41,537 bases of DNA from Thauera sp. GTDB taxonomy: Bacteria > Pseudomonadota > Gammaproteobacteria > Burkholderiales > Rhodocyclaceae. This document shows positions 29,376-38,016 of this stretch, in pieces. Below the pieces are notes generated by a model that saw nothing but the letters and a program-made list of their open reading frames with translations, had not been told where the DNA came from and searched no databases. A program made the translations under genes and the position numbers. Position 1 is the first letter of the stretch, and each line of letters starts with the position of its first letter. The stretch is taken from assembly GCA_041586695.1 (NCBI GenBank), contig JBFGZP010000001.1, positions 1 through 41,537 of the forward strand, written 5' to 3'.

Positions 29376-30564
29376 GCAGCGCCTCCACCGCGTCGAGCCG
29401 CGCCGCCTTGCGCGCAGGCAGCACGCCAGCCGCGAGGCCGATCGCCACCGCCAGAGCCTCTGCCACCAGCACGAAGTGCCAGGGGGTCGTGACCGGCAGG
29501 GCGGGCACGAAGATCCCCACCAGTTGCGCTAGGCCGGCGCCGATGACGAGGCCGAACACGCCGCCGATTGCCGCCAGCGCCACCGCTTCGCCGAGGAAGA
29601 GGCCGAGGATGGTACGGCGGCGCGCGCCGAGCGCGACCAGCAGGCCGATCTCGCTGGTGCGCTCGGCCACCGAGATCGTCATGATCGTGACGATGCCAAC
29701 GCCGCCCACCAGCAGCGAAATGCCGCCGAGCGCGCCGACCGCGGCGGTGAGGATGTCGAGAATGTTCGACAGCGTTGCCAGCATGTCGGCCTGGGTGGTG
29801 AGGGTGAAGTCCTCGCGACCGTGGCGGGCCACCAGCAGCTTGCGGATCTCGTCGGCCACGCGCGCGGCGGCGACGCCTTCCTCGTAGATGACGTTTACCT
29901 CCATCAGACCCTCGCGGTTGTACAAGGCAAGCCCGCGCGCGCTCGGGATGTAGGCCGTGTCGTCGAGATCGACGCCGAGAAACTGGCCCTTTTCCTCCAT
30001 CACGCCGATGACGCGAAAGCGTTCGGCGCCGATCTCGACCCGCTGGCCGAGCGGGTTGGCGTTGCCGAACAGCTCCAGCCTCAGTTTGGCGCCGAGAACG
30101 ACGAAGGCGCGAGCATTCACCGGGTCGTCGGGCGGCAGGAAGCGTCCGATCTTCGCCCGCAGCGAGAACACGCGATCCATGTCCGACCCCACCCCATACA
30201 CGCTGGTGCGCCGCACGCGCCCGGCGGCACGCACTTCGGCGTTGCCATAAACCACCGGCGTCACCCCGGTGACGAAGGGCACGCGCGCGAGCGCCGCGGC
30301 GTCGTCCAGCGTGAGTTCGCGCGCGGTCGAGGGCAGGCCGGGCGGGCCGCCGCGCGCACCGCGCCGCCCGGGCGTGATCTCGATGATGTTGGTGCCGAAC
30401 TGGGTGAATTCCTTCAGCACGAACTGGTGCAGGCCCTCGCCGATCGAGGTCAGCAGGATCATCGCGGCAATGCCCACGCCGATGCCCAGCAGGGTCAGGA
30501 AGCTGCGCAGCCGGTGCGCGGTAAGCGCGCGCAGCGCGAGAACGAGGAAATCCTGCCAGCGCAT
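29365..30564 (-). CDS. ABC transporter permease (MacB/FtsX family)
   Basis: RSFLTLLGIGVG, periplasmic domain, ISLLVGGVGI...VAERTSEIGLL.ALGA and PARKAARLD. Confidence 0.92.
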   Translation of the reverse strand: MRWQDFLVLALRALTAHRLRSFLTLLGIGVGIAAMILLTSIGEGLHQFVLKEFTQFGTNIIEITPGRRGARGGPPGLPSTARELTLDDAAALARVPFVTGVTPVVYGNAEVRAAGRVRRTSVYGVGSDMDRVFSLRAKIGRFLPPDDPVNARAFVVLGAKLRLELFGNANPLGQRVEIGAERFRVIGVMEEKGQFLGVDLDDTAYIPSARGLALYNREGLMEVNVIYEEGVAAARVADEIRKLLVARHGREDFTLTTQADMLATLSNILDILTAAVGALGGISLLVGGVGIVTIMTISVAERTSEIGLLVALGARRRTILGLFLGEAVALAAIGGVFGLVIGAGLAQLVGIFVPALPVTTPWHFVLVAEALAVAIGLAAGVLPARKAARLDAVEALRAE

Positions 30565-30570
30565 CGCCGC

Positions 30571-31779
30571 CTACCGCCTGGCCAGGGCCTGCACCGGGTC
30601 GAGACGGGCGGCGCGGCGCGCGGGCAGCACACCGAAGATCACGCCGGTGCCCAGCGCGGTGCCGAGCGCGGCGGCCACCGCCCAGTCCGGCGGCCAGGCC
30701 GGCAGTACCGGATAGGCGAGGCGGACAGCCCAGGCGCCGGCGTGGCCGAGGGCAAATCCGACCACGGCGCCGGCGAGCGACAGCAGCGCCGCCTCGGTCA
30801 GGAAGGCCAGCCGGATGCTGCGTCCGCTGGCACCGAGGGCCTTGAGCAGGCCGATCTCGCTGGTACGCTGGGTCACTGCCACCAGCATCACGTTCATCAC
30901 CAGGATGCCGGCCACTGCGAGGCTGATCGCGGCGATCCCTGCCACGCCCAGCGTGAGCGCGCCGAGGATGCGGTCGAAGGTGCCGAGCACGGCGTTCTGG
31001 GTGATCAGGGTGACGTCGAGTTCGCCGTCGCGTCTTGCCCGCAACAGCGTCTCGATCTCGCGCTGCGCCGGGGCGAGCGCGTCCCGGTTCCTGGCCTCGA
31101 CCATGATGCGGAACAGCGAATTGGTGTCGAACATCGCCTGCGCGGTGGCGACCGGCACGATCACCATCTCGTCGGTGTTCATGCCCAGCCCCTGGCCGGC
31201 CGGGGCGAGCACGCCGATCACCCGCAGCCGGGTGTCGCCGACGCGCACCATGCGACCGATCACCGGTTCGCTGCCGAACAGTTCGGCGCGCAGGGTGTCA
31301 CCGATCACCGCCACGCCACTGGCGCGCGACAGATCCTCGCGCGGCAGGAACTGTCCCTGCGAAAGCGTGAAGCTGCGAATGCCGAGGTAGTCCGCGCTGG
31401 TGCCCACGACCATCACCTCGCGCAGCTTGCCACCGGCCGAAATCTCCGAGTTTCCAACCGACAGCGGCGCGATGCGGGTGACCAGCGGCGCACGCAACAG
31501 CGCGGCGGCGTCGGCCACGGTGAGGTCGCGCGGCGTGCTGGTGATGAAGCTGCCCGGATTCACCCCGCCGGTCTCGGTACGTCCGGGCAGGACGATGATC
31601 AGGTTGGCGCCGAGGGCGGAGAACTCGCTCACCACGTAGCGCCGGGCGCCATCGCCGAGCGCGGTGAGCACCACGACGGCGGCGACGCCGATGGACATCG
31701 CCAGCACCATCAGCGCCGTGCGCAGCGGGTAGGCGATGGCGGCGCGGCTGGCGAAGTGCAGGGTGTCCGTCGGCGTCAT
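30571..31779 (-). CDS. ABC transporter permease (MacB/FtsX family), second paralog
   Basis: ISLAVAGILVMNVMLVAVTQRTSEIGLLKALGA and PARRAARLDP; ATG 31779 overlaps the ATPase stop. Confidence 0.92.
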   Translation of the reverse strand: MTPTDTLHFASRAAIAYPLRTALMVLAMSIGVAAVVVLTALGDGARRYVVSEFSALGANLIIVLPGRTETGGVNPGSFITSTPRDLTVADAAALLRAPLVTRIAPLSVGNSEISAGGKLREVMVVGTSADYLGIRSFTLSQGQFLPREDLSRASGVAVIGDTLRAELFGSEPVIGRMVRVGDTRLRVIGVLAPAGQGLGMNTDEMVIVPVATAQAMFDTNSLFRIMVEARNRDALAPAQREIETLLRARRDGELDVTLITQNAVLGTFDRILGALTLGVAGIAAISLAVAGILVMNVMLVAVTQRTSEIGLLKALGASGRSIRLAFLTEAALLSLAGAVVGFALGHAGAWAVRLAYPVLPAWPPDWAVAAALGTALGTGVIFGVLPARRAARLDPVQALARR

Positions 31780-32480
31780 GGCGTGCCCTCGACCGTGGCG
31801 GTCTGTTGCAGGTCCTGGCACACCGCGCCGTCTTCCATCATCAGCCGGCGGCGCGCCCGCGCGCCCATGACCGGATCGTGGGTGACAACGATCAGCGTGG
31901 TGCCGCCGGCGTTCAAGGCCTCGAGCAGGGCGGTCACCTCCTGGCCGGTGGCGCGGTCGAGGTTGCCGGTGGGCTCGTCGGCGAGCAGCATCGCCGGGCG
32001 CATGATGGTGGCGCGGGCAATGGCGACACGCTGGCGCTGGCCGCCGGACAGCTCCTCGGGCCGGTGGCGGGCCCGATCCTCGAGGCCGAAGTCCTTCAGC
32101 GCCCGGGCCACGCGGGCGTCGCGCTCGGCCACCGGCAGGCCGGCAAGCATCAGCGGCAGGCCGATGTTCTCCGCCGCCGATAGCCGGGGGACGAGGTGAA
32201 AGCTCTGGAACACGAAGCCGATGCGGGCGCGCCGCACTTCGGCCTGCTCGTCGGCGGACAGGGTAGTGACGTCGCGGCCCTCGAGCCGGTAATGGCCCGC
32301 GTCGGGTCGGTCGAGCAGGCCGAGCAGGTTGAGCAGGGTGGATTTCCCCGAGCCCGACGGGCCCATGACGGCGACGTAGTCGCCGCGGTCGATCGAGACC
32401 GAGACCTCGCGCAGCGCGTGCACTTCGCTGTCGCCGAGCTTGAAGATGCGTTCGATGCCCTCGAGTTCGATCTGTGCCAT
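31776..32480 (-). CDS. ABC transporter ATP-binding protein (LolD/MacB-type)
   Basis: GPSGSGKS, LSGGQRQRVAIAR, LADEPTGNLD and VTHD. Confidence 0.95.
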   Translation of the reverse strand: MAQIELEGIERIFKLGDSEVHALREVSVSIDRGDYVAVMGPSGSGKSTLLNLLGLLDRPDAGHYRLEGRDVTTLSADEQAEVRRARIGFVFQSFHLVPRLSAAENIGLPLMLAGLPVAERDARVARALKDFGLEDRARHRPEELSGGQRQRVAIARATIMRPAMLLADEPTGNLDRATGQEVTALLEALNAGGTTLIVVTHDPVMGARARRRLMMEDGAVCQDLQQTATVEGTP

Positions 32481-32582
32481 GGCGCTGCGGATCCGGTGAC
32501 CGGACTCAATGCCCGGTCGACGTCATTGAAGTCGGTGGATGGAGGCGGTGGATGGCGTGGAAGGCGGCATCCGTCGGCGCGC

Positions 32583-33725
32583 TCAGCGGCCGTTCTCGGC
32601 CACGACGTGGGCGCCGGCGTTCACGCCTTCGCGTTCGAGCGAGGTGACGATGCGCTCGCCGGCGGCAAGGCCTTCGAGCACCTCGGTATATTCCCAGTTG
32701 GAGACACCGGTGCGCAGCGTGCGTTCGGCGAGCACACCGTGTTCCTCGACCAGCACGCGCGTGCCCTCGCGCAGGGCCGCGGTCGGCACGCGCAGTGTGT
32801 CCTCGCGGCTGGCGAGGATAATCTCGACATCCGTGCTGTAGCCGACGAGCAGGCCGCGCGCCTCTTCCGGGCGCACGAAATCGATGTCGACCTCGACGGT
32901 GCGCGCCTGCTTCTCGACCGCGGTGATGTAGGGCGCGACGCGCTTGACCCGGCCGGCGAACACCGTCGTCGGCAGCGCCTCGAGCGTGATCCGCACCGGC
33001 AGGCCGGGCTGGATCTTGGGCGCGTCGATCTCGTCCATCGGCGCCTTGACGTAGAGGCAGGAGTCGTCGATGAGGTCGATCGCCGGCGGCGTCGGCACGC
33101 CCGGCGGCGAGGGCGTCGAGTATTCGCCCAGTTCGCCGGAGATCTTCGCCACCGTGCCGGCGAAGGGTGCGACCAGCACGGTGCGTTGGCGATCGGTTTC
33201 CGTGGCCTCGACCTGTGCGGCCGCGGTGGCGACGTCGCCACGTGCGGTGTTGCAGGCCGCGCGCCGCGCGCGGGCTTCGGTGCGGGCTCTCTCCTCCGCG
33301 CTGGGGGAGACGAAACCGCGCTTGAGCAGGGCCGCCTGCCGCGCCGCCTCGCGTTCGGCGTTGTCGGCGACGGTGCAGGCCTCGAGCACGCGCCGGCGGG
33401 CGGTGTCGAGCTGGGCGCGATTCACTTCCAGGCGGGCATCGAGGTCGCCGTTCCACAGCCTCATCAGCACCTGGCCGGCGTCGACGCGGTCGCCTTCCTT
33501 TACCCCGAGGAACGCGATGCGCCCGCCGACGATGGTGGCGAGCTTGGTGCGCTGGCAGGCCTCGATCTCGCCGGCGCGGGTGTTGGCCAGCGTCGCCTCC
33601 ACCGTGCCGCGGCCGACTTCGTGCAGGACGACCGCGATCGGCTTGGGTCGCGTGAACCACCAGCCCGCGGCTGCGACTGCGACCACGACGACGAGGAGCG
33701 TGAGCAGGCGGCGCAGGGATTTCAC
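32583..33725 (-). CDS. Periplasmic adaptor / membrane fusion protein (MacA-like)
   Basis: N-terminal TM, lipoyl-like VKEGDRVDAGQVL, coiled hairpin, APFAGTV and TEVLEGLAAGE. Confidence 0.9.
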   Translation of the reverse strand: MKSLRRLLTLLVVVVAVAAAGWWFTRPKPIAVVLHEVGRGTVEATLANTRAGEIEACQRTKLATIVGGRIAFLGVKEGDRVDAGQVLMRLWNGDLDARLEVNRAQLDTARRRVLEACTVADNAEREAARQAALLKRGFVSPSAEERARTEARARRAACNTARGDVATAAAQVEATETDRQRTVLVAPFAGTVAKISGELGEYSTPSPPGVPTPPAIDLIDDSCLYVKAPMDEIDAPKIQPGLPVRITLEALPTTVFAGRVKRVAPYITAVEKQARTVEVDIDFVRPEEARGLLVGYSTDVEIILASREDTLRVPTAALREGTRVLVEEHGVLAERTLRTGVSNWEYTEVLEGLAAGERIVTSLEREGVNAGAHVVAENGR

Positions 33726-33735
33726 GCGTCGGGCC

Positions 33736-35472
33736 TTATTTGCCGCCCCTGGCCCAGGAGTCCTTCAGTGTCACCGTGCGATTGAACACCGGTTCGCCCG
33801 CCCTGGAGTCCACCCGATCGACGACGAAATAGCCGTGTCGTTCGAACTGGAAGTGTGCTTCCGCCTGTGCGTTTGCCAGTCCCGGCTCGAGGTAGGCGGT
33901 GACGACGCGCTTGGATTCGGGATTGATGTCGGCGAGGAAGTCGCGCTCCAGATCCGGCGCATCGCCTTCGCGGCGCTGGCCGGGGTGGGGGTGGGCGAAC
34001 AGGCGGTCGTAGATGCGCACCTCGGCGCGGCAGCCGTGCGCGGCCGACACCCAGTGCAGGTTGCCCTTGACCTTGTAGTTGTCCGCGCCGGGCGTGCCGG
34101 ATTTCGAGTCGGGCATGTATTCGGCGAGCACGGTGGTGATGTTGCCGTCGGTGTCCTTCTCGCAGCCGGTGCATTTCACCACGTAGCCATAGCGCAGCCG
34201 CACCATGTTGCCGGGATAGAGGCGGTGAAAGCCCTTCACCGGGGTTTCCATGAAGTCTTCGCGCTCGATCCACAAGTCGCGGCCGAAGGGCATGTCGCGC
34301 TTGCCGAGCTCTGCCTTTAGCGGGTGGTTCGGCGCCTGGCACAGTTCCGACGCGCCTTCGGCGTAGTTGGTGATGACGAGCTTGAGCGGGTCGAGCACGG
34401 CGACGCGGCGCTCGGCCGTGTCGTTCAGATGCTCGCGCATGCACTCTTCGAGCACGCTCATGTCGATCCACGAATCCGACTTCGATACGCCGATGCGCTC
34501 GGCGAACATGCGGAAGCCCTCGGCGGTGAAGCCGCGGCGGCGCGCGCCGATCAGCGTCGGCAGGCGCGGATCGTCCCAGCCATCGACGTGGCCCTCGTTC
34601 ACCAGCTGGATGAGCTTGCGCTTGGACAGCACCACGTAGGTGAGGTTGAGGCGGGCGAACTCGATCTGCTGCGGCAGCGGGCGCTGGAACTGCCCGGCGC
34701 TGGCGAGGGTGTCCAGCAGCCAGTCGTAGAACGGGCGCTGATCCTCGAATTCGAGCGTGCACACCGAATGGGTGATGTTCTCGATCGCGTCCTCGATCGG
34801 GTGCGCGAAAGTGTACATCGGGTAGATGTGCCAGGCGTCGCCGGTGCGGTGATGCGCGGCGTGGCGGATGCGGTAGATCGCCGGGTCGCGCATGTTGATG
34901 TTGGGGCTCGCCATGTCGACCTTCGCGCGCAGCACGTGCGAACCCTCGGCGAACTCGCCCACGCGCATGCGGGCGAAGAGGTCGAGGTTCTCCGCCACGC
35001 TGCGCGTGCGGTAGGGGCTGTCCTTGCCGGGCTCGGTGAGCGTGCCGCGCAGGGCACGCATCTCGTCGGCCGGCAGCGAGTCGACGTAGGCCTTGCCGGC
35101 CTCGATCAAACACACCGCGCAGGCGTACATGGTGTCGAAATAATCGGAGGCGAAATACAGGTGGGGGCCCCATTCGAAGCCGAGCCAGTGCACCGCCTCG
35201 ATGATGGCGTCGACGTATTCCTGCTCTTCCTTCTCCGGGTTGGTGTCGTCGAAGCGAAGGTGGCAGGTGCCGCCATAGGTCTGGGCGAGGCCGAAGTTCA
35301 GGCAGATCGACTTGGCATGGCCGTAATGCAGATAGCCGTTCGGCTCGGGCGGGAAGCGCGTCTCGACGCGGCCGGCCCATTTGCCGCTGCGCTGGTCCGC
35401 GTCGATGATGTTGCGGATGAAGTTGGACGGCGCGGGCGTTGCGGCGGCTTCCGGGGCGTGTTTCGGGTTCAT
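33736..35472 (-). CDS. glnS: Glutamine--tRNA ligase
   Basis: TRFPPEPNGYLHYGHAKS, LRFDDTNP, THSVCTLEF, VLSKRKL and FQFERHGYF. Confidence 0.97.
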   Translation of the reverse strand: MNPKHAPEAAATPAPSNFIRNIIDADQRSGKWAGRVETRFPPEPNGYLHYGHAKSICLNFGLAQTYGGTCHLRFDDTNPEKEEQEYVDAIIEAVHWLGFEWGPHLYFASDYFDTMYACAVCLIEAGKAYVDSLPADEMRALRGTLTEPGKDSPYRTRSVAENLDLFARMRVGEFAEGSHVLRAKVDMASPNINMRDPAIYRIRHAAHHRTGDAWHIYPMYTFAHPIEDAIENITHSVCTLEFEDQRPFYDWLLDTLASAGQFQRPLPQQIEFARLNLTYVVLSKRKLIQLVNEGHVDGWDDPRLPTLIGARRRGFTAEGFRMFAERIGVSKSDSWIDMSVLEECMREHLNDTAERRVAVLDPLKLVITNYAEGASELCQAPNHPLKAELGKRDMPFGRDLWIEREDFMETPVKGFHRLYPGNMVRLRYGYVVKCTGCEKDTDGNITTVLAEYMPDSKSGTPGADNYKVKGNLHWVSAAHGCRAEVRIYDRLFAHPHPGQRREGDAPDLERDFLADINPESKRVVTAYLEPGLANAQAEAHFQFERHGYFVVDRVDSRAGEPVFNRTVTLKDSWARGGK

Positions 35473-35621
35473 CGTGCGGGAAAATTCCGGTTTCGGGCGC
35501 CTGATCGTTGCCGGGGCGCCGGTTTCGTGACTGCGCGCATTGTAGCCGATGCACCGCAGGCCTCGGGGGGCGCCGGGCGCCGCGCTAGAATGCGTGGTTT
35601 GAAATCGATCGGAATGACCGG

Positions 35622-36743
35622 ATGAACCTCGAATCATTGCACTCGCTGCTTGCCCGCCTCGTCGGCGGCGACGAGGCCATGGCAACGGTGCTGCAGGTTT
35701 TCCTCGTAGTGTTCGCGGTGGTGGTGATCAACTTCGCGCTGCGCCGCATCCTCGCCAGGCTCGAGGCGCGCACCCTGCTCACGCAGACGCCTTGGGACAA
35801 CGCGCTGGTGTCCGCCGCCCGCAGGCCTCTTACCATCGTGGCGTGGATCGTCGGCCTGGCTTTTGCCGCCCGCATCGTCGAGGCGCAAACCGAAGCGACC
35901 GTGTTCGAGGCCGTCGAGCCGGTGCGCACCATCGGCGTGATCTCCTGCATCGCCTGGTTCCTGGTGCGCTTCATCGGCAACGTCCAGGACGGCATCATCG
36001 CCCAGCGCCTGGCGCGGGGGGAGTCGGTCGATCGCACCACGGTCGACGCCATCGGCAAGCTGCTTCGCGTTTCGGTGCTGATAACCGCCGCCCTGGTGGG
36101 CCTGCAGAGCCTGGGTTTCTCGATCTCCGGCGTGCTCGCCTTCGGCGGTATCGGCGGCATCGCCGTGGGCTTCGCCGCCAAGGATCTGCTGGCGAACTTC
36201 TTCGGCGGTCTGATGGTGTATCTCGACCGCCCCTTCGCCGTGGGCGACTGGATCCGCTCGCCGGACCGCGAGATCGAGGGCACGGTAGAGGAGATCGGCT
36301 GGCGCCTGACGCGGATCCGCACCTTCGACAAGCGTCCGCTCTATGTTCCCAACGCGATCTTCAACCAGATCACGGTGGAGAATCCGTCGCGCATGAGCAA
36401 CCGCCGGATCAAGGAGGTGGTGGGCGTGCGCTACGACGACATGGACAAGGTCGCGGCGATCGTCGATGACATCAAGGCCATGCTGCGCGCCCATCCCGAG
36501 ATCGACCAGGGCACGACGCTGATTGTGAACTTCGACAAGTTTTCCGCCAGCTCGCTCGATATCCTCGTCTACACCTTCACCACGACCACGGTGTGGGTTC
36601 GCTACCACGAGATCAAGCAGGACGTGATGCTTAAGATCGCCCGGATCGTCGACGGCCACGGCGCGGAAATCGCCTTCCCGACGCGCACCCTGCACATGGC
36701 CGGCGCCCTGCCGGCCGGCGACTCGCTGCAGGCCGCCCAATGA
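35622..36743 (+). CDS. Small-conductance mechanosensitive channel (MscS family, YnaI-like)
   Basis: GGIGGIAVGFAAKDLLANFFGG, DRPFAVGDWI, GTVEEIGWRLT and EIAFPTRT. Confidence 0.93.
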   Translation: MNLESLHSLLARLVGGDEAMATVLQVFLVVFAVVVINFALRRILARLEARTLLTQTPWDNALVSAARRPLTIVAWIVGLAFAARIVEAQTEATVFEAVEPVRTIGVISCIAWFLVRFIGNVQDGIIAQRLARGESVDRTTVDAIGKLLRVSVLITAALVGLQSLGFSISGVLAFGGIGGIAVGFAAKDLLANFFGGLMVYLDRPFAVGDWIRSPDREIEGTVEEIGWRLTRIRTFDKRPLYVPNAIFNQITVENPSRMSNRRIKEVVGVRYDDMDKVAAIVDDIKAMLRAHPEIDQGTTLIVNFDKFSASSLDILVYTFTTTTVWVRYHEIKQDVMLKIARIVDGHGAEIAFPTRTLHMAGALPAGDSLQAAQ

Positions 36744-37123
36744 GCCTCGCCGCCTTCGCGGCCGTGGGTGTCGGTGCGGCCTGCGGCGCATGGTTGCGCT
36801 GGGGGCTCGGCGCCTGGCTCAACCCCTTGTTCGCCGCGATGCCGCTCGGCACGCTGGCGGCGAACCTCGCCGGTGGCTTCCTGATGGGCGTGGCGCTCGC
36901 GGCCATCCAGGTCTGGCCTACGCTTTCGCCTGCGCTCAAACTGCTGCTCACAACCGGCTTGCTCGGTGGGCTCACCACGTTTTCCACCTACTCGGCCGAG
37001 GCCTTTCACCTGCTGCAGCGCGGCGCGCTCGGCTGGTTCGGCCTTCACCTGACGGCGCACCTGGCCGGCTCGGTCCTCATGACCTGGTGCGGTTACGCGC
37101 TGTTCAACACCCTGCGCGGCTGA
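36740..37123 (+). CDS. crcB: Fluoride channel Fluc/CrcB
   Basis: GAWLRW, PLGTLAANL.GGF and GGLTTFST; ATGA overlap with mscS. Confidence 0.93.
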   Translation: MSLAAFAAVGVGAACGAWLRWGLGAWLNPLFAAMPLGTLAANLAGGFLMGVALAAIQVWPTLSPALKLLLTTGLLGGLTTFSTYSAEAFHLLQRGALGWFGLHLTAHLAGSVLMTWCGYALFNTLRG

Positions 37124-37235
37124 GGCCGGCAGCCGCAGCTGGTATGTCGTCATCCTTTGTTGCACACTTGACGCGCAATGCCCCGATATCGCGCGCGGAT
37201 AATCCCGTGAGTGCTTACCCCATGGAGGTCATAAG

Positions 37236-37901
37236 ATGAAAAAGTTCGTCATTTCGCTTTGCGCAGTGAGCCTGGCCGCCAGCGGCCTCTCAGGTTGCGC
37301 CGGCATGAGCGAAACGCAGCGCGATACCGGCACCGGCGCCGCTATCGGCGCGCTGACCGGTGCTGTCATCGGCCGCACCACGGCCGGTGGCAACAAGAGC
37401 AAGAGCACGGCGACCGGTGCTGCGGTCGGTGCTGCGCTCGGCGCCGCCGGCGGCTATCTGTGGTCGCAGCGCATGCAGGAGCAGAAGGCCGCCATGGAGC
37501 AGGCCACCCAGGGCACGGGGGTCGGCGTCTCGCAGACCGTGGACAACCAGCTCAAGCTCGACATCCCGAGCGACATCTCCTTCGATGTCGGTCGCTACGA
37601 CATCAAGTCGAACATGCGCCCGATCCTCGACCGGCTCGCCAGCACGCTGAACCAGAACCCGGTCACGACCGTCACCATCGTCGGCCACACCGACAGCACC
37701 GGCTCCGATGCGGTGAACGATCCGCTGTCGGTCAACCGCGCCGCCGCGACCCGCGACTACCTCGTCGCCCGCGGCGTATCCGCGACCCGCATCGCCATCG
37801 ACGGTCGCGGATCGCGTCAGCCGGTGGCCGACAACAGCTCCTCGGCCGGGCGCGCAATGAACCGTCGCGTGGAGATTTTCATCGCCGAAGCCGCGCGCTG
37901 A
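37236..37901 (+). CDS. OmpA-family lipoprotein with glycine zipper (YiaD-like)
   Basis: Lipobox LSGC, Gly/Ala zipper, GHTDSTG...LS..RA and NRRVEI. Confidence 0.92.
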   Translation: MKKFVISLCAVSLAASGLSGCAGMSETQRDTGTGAAIGALTGAVIGRTTAGGNKSKSTATGAAVGAALGAAGGYLWSQRMQEQKAAMEQATQGTGVGVSQTVDNQLKLDIPSDISFDVGRYDIKSNMRPILDRLASTLNQNPVTTVTIVGHTDSTGSDAVNDPLSVNRAAATRDYLVARGVSATRIAIDGRGSRQPVADNSSSAGRAMNRRVEIFIAEAAR

Positions 37902-37950
37902 GCGCGCAGTATCGCAACAAGGCCGGAGCGCGCCTGAGCGCGCCCGGCAT

Positions 37951-37992
37951 CGACAGGCCAGCCGGACCGCGTCCCGCTGGCCTGTCGCTTTC
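37951..37992 (+). terminator. Probable terminator between the OmpA-family gene and the helicase
   Basis: 12-bp stem CGACAGGCCAGC / GCTGGCCTGTCG followed by CTTTC. Confidence 0.6.
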
Positions 37993-38016
37993 CTGCGCCA
38001 CGCCGGGCGGGGAAGA

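Noticed and set aside
35315-35335. HYGH instead of HIGH in GlnRS
   Set aside because: The second position of the HIGH motif is variable in class I synthetases, and the rest of the enzyme is intact.
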